NCBI GenBank assembly: GCA_030753015.1
Contig: JASMDC010000066.1
Coordinates: 1 to 11,681, forward strand
Length of the DNA: 11,681 bases
Source: Candidatus Undinarchaeales archaeon
GTDB lineage: Archaea; SpSt-1190; JASMDC01
Direction: 5' to 3'
Both the position numbers and the translations under genes were made by a program. Positions within the stretch are counted from its first letter, which is position 1, and every line of letters starts with the position of its first letter. This document shows, piece after piece, positions 1 to 6,459 of the stretch. The notes under the pieces were generated by a model. It worked only from the letters and a program-made list of their open reading frames with translations, ran no database searches and was not told the DNA's origin.

Positions 1-54
1 TTGCATCAACTCCAGTTCCGATAAGCTGGTTATCGGAACGGGTCTACTCTCCAT
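1..54 (-). CDS. Possible 5' end of a divergent gene running off the left edge (MESRPVPITSLSELELMQ...)
   Basis: ATG at 54 on the - strand and 18 open codons to the edge, preceded by AT-rich sequence. Too short to identify and no well-spaced RBS. Confidence 0.35.
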   Translation of the reverse strand, partial: MESRPVPITSLSELELMQ

Positions 55-460
55 TGTAAAATTCTATAGACAGTCACCCCGCCCCGCATACATGTTTATT
101 GGTCAGATGATAGAGAATGTATGTGACTGACGCAGCGTGCCCTGTGGGCAGCAGTTGTTCGTGGGTGAACGTCCCTCATGTACAAGAATCCGTTCGTCCC
201 AAGAACGAGGTGAGCGATGTAGGGGAATGATCATTCTAGCAGGGCCTCGCGGCATTGGTATTCAAAGGGTGTCGATACACGTTGCAGGACGTGCGGGATT
301 GAAGACCATCGTGGTTCAGCGGATGTAATCTACCTATAGGCGTCGTCTTCGGAGGGCGCGTCAACTGGGTGATGGCGCACCCAAGGAAGGATAGTGCATG
401 ATACGTTCGCACCCATGCTTCCATGAATCCCCCGAATTCATTCGCGGGGAGCGTCAATGA

Positions 461-472
461 TATAATTATAAG
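461..472 (+). promoter_or_regulatory. Archaeal-type TATA box for the PfkB gene
   Basis: ATTATAAG at 465-472 begins 30 nt before GTG 495, within the palindrome TATAATTATA (461-470); AT island in GC-rich context. Confidence 0.6.
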
Positions 473-494
473 ATTTTGTCCCGGTGAAGTGACC

Positions 495-1367
495 GTGGCC
501 ATCGATATCGTGACCGCGGGTTTCCTTTCGGTGGACGCCATCTGCACGACCCGAGCGAGCGCCAAGGACGTGCCCGGCGGTGCTGCTCTCTACTCTGCCC
601 TCGGCGCGTCCGTGTTCCTTCGCACGGGTGTCGTTGCGAGGGTGGGGAGCGACTTCCCCCAGGGGCTGCTCGAACGGCTGGGCGCCCGGTTGGATACCAG
701 GGGCATCGTACAAGTGGACGGTGGTTGCACTCGGTTCGGCATCACCTACGACGAGACGTGGAACGAGCAGTACGACCAGATCGAGTTCGGCGTGGGCCAG
801 GAGCTCGTGCCCGCCGATATGCCTGGACCGTTCGCGGGAGCACGAGCCTATTATATCGCGCTCATGCCCCCCGAGCAGATGCTCTCATGGATCGAACATG
901 TACGCGAGAACGACGCGATAGTGGGCGGCGATACCAACGCGGTGTTCATCCACCCTCAGCGGGAGGCCTGCGTCAAGGTCGCCCGGGGCGTCGACGTGTT
1001 CTTCCCCAATCATAAGGAGGCCACACTTCTTACAGGCGAGGAGAATCCGGAAACGGCCGCGCTCAAGCTCGCGGAGCACACCAGTGTGGTGGCCGTCAAG
1101 GACGGTGCCAATGGCGCCTACATCGCCCATGACGGGCGCGTGATCCACTTGCCAGGTTTCCACGTGGACGTGATCGACACGACGGGTGCCGGTGACGCCT
1201 TCGCGGGCGCCTTCATGGCCAGCTATGCGAAGCACGGCGATGTAGAGCGTGCCGGATGGGAGGCCAACGCCACCGCGTCCTTCAACGTTCGTCGCCTAGG
1301 AACGAGAGGGCTCGAGAAGCTGGACGAGGGCGAGCTTCCGCCCTACCGGGAACGACCTCGCGCGTGA
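495..1367 (+). CDS. PfkB/ribokinase-family carbohydrate or nucleoside kinase
   Basis: N-terminal PGGAALYSA, VFFPNHKEA, VKDGANGA and the PfkB signature DTTGAGDAFAGAF. Start placed at GTG 495 (MAIDIVTAG), with GGTGA at 483-487 and the TATA upstream, rather than ATG 423. Confidence 0.93.
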   Translation: MAIDIVTAGFLSVDAICTTRASAKDVPGGAALYSALGASVFLRTGVVARVGSDFPQGLLERLGARLDTRGIVQVDGGCTRFGITYDETWNEQYDQIEFGVGQELVPADMPGPFAGARAYYIALMPPEQMLSWIEHVRENDAIVGGDTNAVFIHPQREACVKVARGVDVFFPNHKEATLLTGEENPETAALKLAEHTSVVAVKDGANGAYIAHDGRVIHLPGFHVDVIDTTGAGDAFAGAFMASYAKHGDVERAGWEANATASFNVRRLGTRGLEKLDEGELPPYRERPRA

Positions 1368-1378
1368 GCCGCAGGCGG

Positions 1379-1388
1379 TTTTATATAA
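1379..1388 (+). promoter_or_regulatory. TATA box for the repeat orphan
   Basis: TTTTATATAA in the 42-nt intergenic gap; TTTATATA begins 30 nt before ATG 1410; no SD, so probably leaderless. Confidence 0.7.
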
Positions 1389-1409
1389 CTTGTCGCGTAC
1401 TCGAAACGT

Positions 1410-1904
1410 ATGCGCAAGGTGCGACGACGGTTCCAGGCCCAACAGCAGCCCCGAGGAGGGCGGCCTGCCCGGACGTCAGAGCCACAGAGGGCACGGGAAG
1501 CGCAACCGACACCCGAAGTGTCACAGGTCCCAGGGGACTCGGTTCTCGTCAACACTAACACCGGCATGGTCACGGACGCGAGTGTCAACGTTAACGTAGG
1601 TACGACCGTCGACGCCCACGTGGGGACGACCGTCGACCTTGGTACAGGAATGGGCATCGACACGGGTCTCTCCGGATATGTGAGCGATGTCAAACATATC
1701 TATAGGAAGGCTACGGTAGACAGGGGACCGGTTGCCGATAGAGAGCATATATACCGGGATACCGCGGTGGACAAAGGGCCCGTCAGCGAGGATAAACATA
1801 CATACCGGGATACTGCGGTGGACAAAGGGCCAATCAGCGAGGACAAGCATACATACCGGAAGGCCACTGTGGATAAGGGACGCGTCAGTGCGCGAAAGGA
1901 TTAA
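1410..1904 (+). CDS. Hypothetical 164-aa protein: basic disordered N-terminus, V/T/N/G-rich middle, four 17-aa C-terminal repeats
   Basis: Fills the gap between two clear genes and has its own TATA. Many differences among repeat copies are synonymous in this frame (acc/act, ccc/cca/ccg, gat/gac, aaa/aag, tat/tac, ggg/gga). Confidence 0.8.
   Translation: MRKVRRRFQAQQQPRGGRPARTSEPQRAREAQPTPEVSQVPGDSVLVNTNTGMVTDASVNVNVGTTVDAHVGTTVDLGTGMGIDTGLSGYVSDVKHIYRKATVDRGPVADREHIYRDTAVDKGPVSEDKHTYRDTAVDKGPISEDKHTYRKATVDKGRVSARKD
1596..1643 (+). repeat. Two 24-nt coding repeats (VGTTVDAH / VGTTVDLG)
   Basis: ACGACCGTCGAC occurs at 1602-1613 and 1626-1637. Confidence 0.8.
1692..1895 (+). repeat. Four 51-nt tandem coding repeats, consensus KH(T/I)YR(DTA/KAT)VDKGPVSED
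   Basis: Units start at 1692, 1743, 1794 and 1845; units 2 and 3 are the most alike. Confidence 0.95.
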
Positions 1905-1907
1905 AAC
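1891..1907 (+). promoter_or_regulatory. Putative BRE-TATA for dys overlapping the orphan's stop codon
   Basis: CGCGAAAGG followed by ATTAAAA, which starts at 1900, 30 nt before ATG 1930. Confidence 0.5.
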
Positions 1908-1929
1908 CTCTCGTACGTTCATGACCGCC

Positions 1930-2889
1930 ATGCCCCACGCACCCTTCCCTTCCGTGAAAGGGATGCCTCCCGTGACCGATGGTTCGGTGGACTCGCTCTT
2001 CGCTGCCTACGCCGCCAGCGGTGTGTTCGGTGCAGGGCGGATGGCCCGGGCCCTGGACGTGCTCGAAAAGATGGTCCGGGACGACGGGTGCACAGTGTTC
2101 CTCGGTCTCGCCGGACCGCTGTCCGCGGGCGGGATGCGGCCCATCGTGGCCGATATGGTGGAGCGCGGGTTAGTGGACGCGCTCTTCACCACTGGTGCCA
2201 ATGCCGTACACGACCTCCTGGAGTGCTGGGAATGCCACCACTTCCATGGGGACGAGGCGGCGGATGATGACGAGCTGGCCGAGAAGGGGTATGCGCGGGT
2301 GTTCGACCTCTTCGTCGAGGAGTCGTCCTTCGCCGGGTTCGAGGACCGTGTGCAGGAGGCGTTCGACACCATCCCCGAAGACGATTGGCGCACCATGACA
2401 CCCAGCAGGCTGCTGTCCCTCCTGGGCAGCGATCTTGAGGCAAGCGGTTCGATCCTGGGCGCTGCGGCCCGCAAGGGCGTCCCAGTGTTCGCACCGTCCC
2501 TGACGGACTCCGTGCTGGGCCTTCAGCTGTTCCTCAGGGCACAGACGAAGCCCACGACGCTTGACGTAGTGGGTGACATGGCCGCTCTGTCCGACCTAGT
2601 GTACGGTACCGAGCGCCGGGGGATGATCGCCCTGGGCGGCGGGGTTCCCAAGCATTATATGATGGGAGCAGCAACCCTTGTCGGCGGACATGACTATGCC
2701 CTCCAGGTGACCCTTGACCGTCCCGAGGGCGGAGGTCTCTCGGGAGCGCCACTGCGGGAGGGCAAGAGCTGGCACAAGGTGGCCCGGGGCGCCGATTATG
2801 TCACCGTCATAGGGGACACGTTCATCGTCTTCCCCCTACTCTACGCCGGGCTCCTCTCCAGGCTCAGGGACAAAAGAGGTAAGCGGTGA
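1930..2889 (+). CDS. dys: Deoxyhypusine synthase (DHS family)
   Basis: FLGLAGPLSAGGMR, TTGANAVHD, PVFAPSLTDSVLG, GGGVPKHY and GGLSGAPLREGKSWHK with the catalytic-position Lys at 2776-2778. Start is ATG 1930 (or 1921), not the TTG at 1732. Confidence 0.93.
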   Translation: MPHAPFPSVKGMPPVTDGSVDSLFAAYAASGVFGAGRMARALDVLEKMVRDDGCTVFLGLAGPLSAGGMRPIVADMVERGLVDALFTTGANAVHDLLECWECHHFHGDEAADDDELAEKGYARVFDLFVEESSFAGFEDRVQEAFDTIPEDDWRTMTPSRLLSLLGSDLEASGSILGAAARKGVPVFAPSLTDSVLGLQLFLRAQTKPTTLDVVGDMAALSDLVYGTERRGMIALGGGVPKHYMMGAATLVGGHDYALQVTLDRPEGGGLSGAPLREGKSWHKVARGADYVTVIGDTFIVFPLLYAGLLSRLRDKRGKR

Positions 2890-3698
2890 TGGTCGATCTG
2901 GCGAAGTATCTCCAGGAAGGGGAGACGCCCCTGGGCGTCTACACCGACGAGGGTAACGTGGTCCACTGGAGCAACATCATCGTCACTGACCGGCGCGTGC
3001 TCATCTACGAGTGCACTCCCCCTTCACCTGGAGAGCTGCGAACCATCGACCTGAAGGACATCATCGACGTGCACTGCCGTAAGAAGGCCATGAGCGCCAT
3101 AATTGAGATCAGGACCGAAAAAAAGGTGTTCAAGGTCTACGACCTCACACGGGACGCAGGTGACGATGCCAAGGAGCATATCAAGCAGGCGGCCGAGGAA
3201 GCACAGTCCCAGGTCCCCGAGACGATCACCCTTCCCGACGGGCGAGTGGTCCAGGTCGTCCTCCATGAGCCAGGTGCCCCTCAGGCCGTGACGCCCGACC
3301 AGGCCAGCACTTATCAGTATCCACAACAACAGCAGCAAGTGCCCCAAGAGCAGTCCCCACAGGAACAGCAACCGCAACAAGACCAACAGCAGTGGACACA
3401 GCCTCAAGAGGTCCAACAGGCCCAGCAGCAGTGGCCGCAGCCTCAAGAGGTCCAACAGGTCCAACAAGAGTGGCCGCAGCCGCAACAGGACCAACAGGTC
3501 CAACAGCAGTGGACACAGCCTCAAGAGGTCCAACAGGCCCAACAGCAGTGGCCGCAGCAACCTCCCCCGGAGCCGGAGCTCGTCGGCCAGCGGATGCGCG
3601 AGGACGGGACCATGGAGGACATGTCCCCGGAGGAAGCGAAGGCCCTGGCAGAGGAGGCCGAGAAGGCCTTCAAGGATCTCGAGGACCTGGACGTCTAG
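2886..3698 (+). CDS. PH-like domain protein with Gln/Pro-rich repeat linker and acidic C-terminal helix
   Basis: First ~105 aa resemble bacterial PH domains (IIVTDRRVLIYE, IDLKDIIDVH, IIEIRT, closing helix). Start overlaps the dys stop (GTGATG; GTG 2886 or ATG 2889) with GAGGT at 2876-2880. The fold is my pattern recognition, not a search result. Confidence 0.75.
   Translation: MMVDLAKYLQEGETPLGVYTDEGNVVHWSNIIVTDRRVLIYECTPPSPGELRTIDLKDIIDVHCRKKAMSAIIEIRTEKKVFKVYDLTRDAGDDAKEHIKQAAEEAQSQVPETITLPDGRVVQVVLHEPGAPQAVTPDQASTYQYPQQQQQVPQEQSPQEQQPQQDQQQWTQPQEVQQAQQQWPQPQEVQQVQQEWPQPQQDQQVQQQWTQPQEVQQAQQQWPQQPPPEPELVGQRMREDGTMEDMSPEEAKALAEEAEKAFKDLEDLDV
3393..3560 (+). repeat. 39-nt (13-aa) tandem repeat W(T/P)QPQ(E/Q)(V/D)QQ(A/V)QQ(Q/E), about 4.3 copies
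   Basis: Trp codons at 3393, 3432, 3471, 3510 and 3549; units 1 and 4 differ by one synonymous base. Confidence 0.95.
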
Positions 3699-3718
3699 AA
3701 CCCGTCGCCGGCTAGTGC

Positions 3719-3733
3719 TTATTTTTTTAAAGT
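3719..3733 (+). promoter_or_regulatory. T7 tract plus TTTAAA: possible oligo-U terminator of the dys-PH unit and/or TATA box of ATPase 1
   Basis: TTATTTTTTTAAAGT lies 20 nt after the stop at 3698 and about 37 nt before ATG 3763. Confidence 0.5.
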
Positions 3734-3762
3734 AGAAGGGGGGGGAGTAACACGCATAGAGA

Positions 3763-6444
3763 ATGGACCCATACTGGCACAACGTCTCGTACAGGGATGT
3801 GTACGATCATCTTGACACGTCCGAAAAGGGCCTCACAGAAGAGGAAACGCTCCCCCGCGTCGACAAGTACGGGCTCAACGAGCTGGAGGAGGAAGAGGGA
3901 TTCTCCATCCTCGAGCTACTCCTCGAACCGTTCCAGGACTTCATCATCATCCTCCTTTTGATCGGGCTGATCATCTCTGCCCTTCTCGGAGATGAGCGCT
4001 CGGCCATCGGCATCGCCATCGCGATCACTATCAACGTCACTGTGAGCTTCGTTCAGGAGTATCGCGCAGAGAAGGCCATCAAGGCCCTCAAACAATTGGG
4101 CGCGCTCCAAGCCAAGGTCATCAGGGGGAGCGAGGAGCGCATCATCCCAGCTCGCGACCTGGTCCCCGGTGACGTCGTGGTGCTAGAGGTCGGCTCGAAG
4201 GTCCCCGCCGACATCCGTCTCACAGAAGTGTACAACCTCTCTATAGATGAGAGCACCCTCACCGGTGAGTCCCTGCCTGTAAATAAGAACACGGAAGCTA
4301 TCGGCGAGGACACGCAGCTCTCCGAACGATCGAACATGGCCTTCTCCAGCACCGTCGTCACCGCCGGCCGCGGGAAGGGTGTCGTGGTGGCCACTGGCAG
4401 GAACACCCAGATAGGTACAATCGCGGACCTCGTTCGCGAGGCCGAGGAGGAGCAGACGCCCCTCCAAGAGCGTCTGGACGACCTGGGCAAGCAGATCGGA
4501 TGGTTCGGCATCAGCGTGTGCATCCTCTTCTTCATCATCGGAACCCTGACCAAATCACCAGACGTACCCCCCGCCGTCCACGTTGTGAATATGTTCCTCA
4601 CGTCCGTAGCCCTGGGCGTCGCAGTAGTGCCCGAGGGGCTCGCCGCCGTGGTGACCATCACGCTGGCCATCGGGCTCACACGCCTGGCACGGGTCAACGG
4701 CATCATCCGCAAGCTCCCCGCCGTGGAGACGCTCGGGTGCGCAACGGTCATCTGCAGCGACAAGACGGGAACGCTCACCAAGAACGAGATCACCGTCCGT
4801 GAGCTGTACGTCAACGACCGTCTAATCCAGCTCGAGCACACGACCAAGAAGCCCGAGGTCGACGAGCACCTCAGCCTCCTGCTCCGATCGGCATCGCTCT
4901 GCAACAACGCGAACCGCACTGACAGCGGTATCGTGGGAGATCCCTTGGAAGGTGCCCTCATCATGATGTCAGACGGCCTCGGCGTGGACCACAACTCCAT
5001 CCGGACCGCCTCGCCACGGGTCCACGAGATCCCTTTCGAGTCTCAGAACAAGTACATGGCCACCATCCACACCACGCTCGACGGCCAGATCGCCTACATC
5101 AAGGGCGCACCCGAAACCATCATAGGTCTGTGTAGCAAGGAGTTCTCCCAGGGGAACGAGCACAAGCTCACCGACCACAGGCGGACCGAGTTCCTCGAGA
5201 CCTGTCACGACATGGCCCGGCGAGGTCGGCGGGTGTTCGCCTTCGCGTACCAGCGGACAGCAGGTGACGTATGCTCCTACAAGCCCTCCAAGCTCGTGTT
5301 CATCGGCCTCATGGGTATGATGGACCCTCCGCGCGAGGAGGCCATCGAAGCAGTTGAGGTCTGCAAGGAGGCCGGGGTCCGCGTTATGATGATTACCGGG
5401 GACCACAAGCTCACCGCCGAGGCGATCGCCAAGGAGATGGGGATCCTAGAAGAGGGCCAACTGGTGCTCGAAGGGCGTGAGCTCGATCAGATGGACGATG
5501 AGGAGCTCGATCGTATCGTCGAGCAGGTCAGCGTGTTCGCACGAGCCACTCCAGAGCACAAGACCCGTATCGTCAAGGCCCTCAAAGAGAACGGTCACGT
5601 CACCGCCATGACAGGCGATGGAGTGAACGATGCACCGGCTCTGAAGAACGCGTCCATCGGCATCGCCATGGGATTGAAGGGTACGGACGTCGCGAAGGAG
5701 GCGTCGGACATGATCCTGGCCGACGACAACTTCGCCACCATCGTCAAGGCGGTCAAGGAGGGCAGGACAATCTATGTCAACATCAAGAAGTTCCTGCGCT
5801 TCCAGCTCACCACGAACGTATCTGCGATCGTTACGGTGTTCTTCATCCCTCTCCTCAAGCTACCGATCGATACGTTCGAGGCCATCCACCTCCTCTGGAT
5901 CAACCTCATCATGGACGGGCCACCCGCGCTGGCCCTCGGTGCTGAACCGGCCCCCAGCGACATCATGTCGCAGAAACCCAGGGATCCCGATGAGGATGTC
6001 CTCACCAAGCGCATGCTCGCAACCGTCGTGGTCACTGGCCTTTACCGGGCTATCGCCACGCTCTTCACCCTGTGGTGGTACCTCGAAGCGGATCCCTCGC
6101 CAGCAGGGCAGGTGCGCGCCAAGACCATGGCGTTCACCACGTTCATCCTCTTCCAGTTCTTCAACTGCTTCAACTGCAAGTCTGAGAAGTCCATCATGGA
6201 GATGAACCTCCTCTCCAACGTGTACCTCTACATGGCCGTCTTCGGGTCGTTCTTCCTTCAGGTGGTCATCGTCCACCACCCGCCCGTGGCCGCGTTCTTC
6301 AACGTCTCGCCCATGCCGATGAGCGACTGGTTGCTCGCCTTCGCCATCGCGTTCTCGGGTGTACTCGTGGAGGAGATGCGCAAGGCCCATGACCGCTATG
6401 TCAAGCAGTTCGAGGAAAAGCGTATCCCCGAGATATTAGCATAG
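3763..6444 (+). CDS. Type II P-type cation ATPase, Ca2+/Mn2+ SPCA/PMR1-like (pump 1)
   Basis: TGES (4261), VPEGL, CSDKTGTLT (Asp at 4759), KGAPE, DPPR, MITGD, TGDGVNDAPALK, M5 FQLTTNV, M6 WINLIMDGPPALALG; about 10 hydrophobic segments. Confidence 0.96.
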   Translation: MDPYWHNVSYRDVYDHLDTSEKGLTEEETLPRVDKYGLNELEEEEGFSILELLLEPFQDFIIILLLIGLIISALLGDERSAIGIAIAITINVTVSFVQEYRAEKAIKALKQLGALQAKVIRGSEERIIPARDLVPGDVVVLEVGSKVPADIRLTEVYNLSIDESTLTGESLPVNKNTEAIGEDTQLSERSNMAFSSTVVTAGRGKGVVVATGRNTQIGTIADLVREAEEEQTPLQERLDDLGKQIGWFGISVCILFFIIGTLTKSPDVPPAVHVVNMFLTSVALGVAVVPEGLAAVVTITLAIGLTRLARVNGIIRKLPAVETLGCATVICSDKTGTLTKNEITVRELYVNDRLIQLEHTTKKPEVDEHLSLLLRSASLCNNANRTDSGIVGDPLEGALIMMSDGLGVDHNSIRTASPRVHEIPFESQNKYMATIHTTLDGQIAYIKGAPETIIGLCSKEFSQGNEHKLTDHRRTEFLETCHDMARRGRRVFAFAYQRTAGDVCSYKPSKLVFIGLMGMMDPPREEAIEAVEVCKEAGVRVMMITGDHKLTAEAIAKEMGILEEGQLVLEGRELDQMDDEELDRIVEQVSVFARATPEHKTRIVKALKENGHVTAMTGDGVNDAPALKNASIGIAMGLKGTDVAKEASDMILADDNFATIVKAVKEGRTIYVNIKKFLRFQLTTNVSAIVTVFFIPLLKLPIDTFEAIHLLWINLIMDGPPALALGAEPAPSDIMSQKPRDPDEDVLTKRMLATVVVTGLYRAIATLFTLWWYLEADPSPAGQVRAKTMAFTTFILFQFFNCFNCKSEKSIMEMNLLSNVYLYMAVFGSFFLQVVIVHHPPVAAFFNVSPMPMSDWLLAFAIAFSGVLVEEMRKAHDRYVKQFEEKRIPEILA

Positions 6445-6459
6445 TTACCGGTCTACAAG

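Noticed and set aside
423-494. ATG 423 as the PfkB start
   Set aside because: The extension runs through a hairpin and the TATA box; PfkB-like sequence begins at about 495.
137-565. Small ORFs 137-328 (+) and 236-565 (-)
   Set aside because: No recognisable motifs, no RBS, composition unlike neighbouring genes; not excluded but unsupported.
1366-1382. GCCGCAGGCGGTTTT as an intrinsic terminator
   Set aside because: Stem is short with a very tight loop, and the T-run is better explained as part of the next TATA box.
1692-1895. 51-nt repeats as a CRISPR array
   Set aside because: Whole units are similar with no unique spacers, variation is codon-structured, and no cas genes are present.
1732-1929. 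N-terminal extension of DHS or +1 frameshift fusion of the orphan to DHS
   Set aside because: The open alternate frame is explained by the repeat; synonymous changes favour the 1410 frame; no evident slippery site; dys has its own TATA-like box.
3392-3715. Collagen-like GPTGPT ORF and the antisense Leu-rich ORF 3024-3782
   Set aside because: Alternate-frame shadows of the Gln repeat; the unit 1 versus 4 change is synonymous only in the Gln frame.
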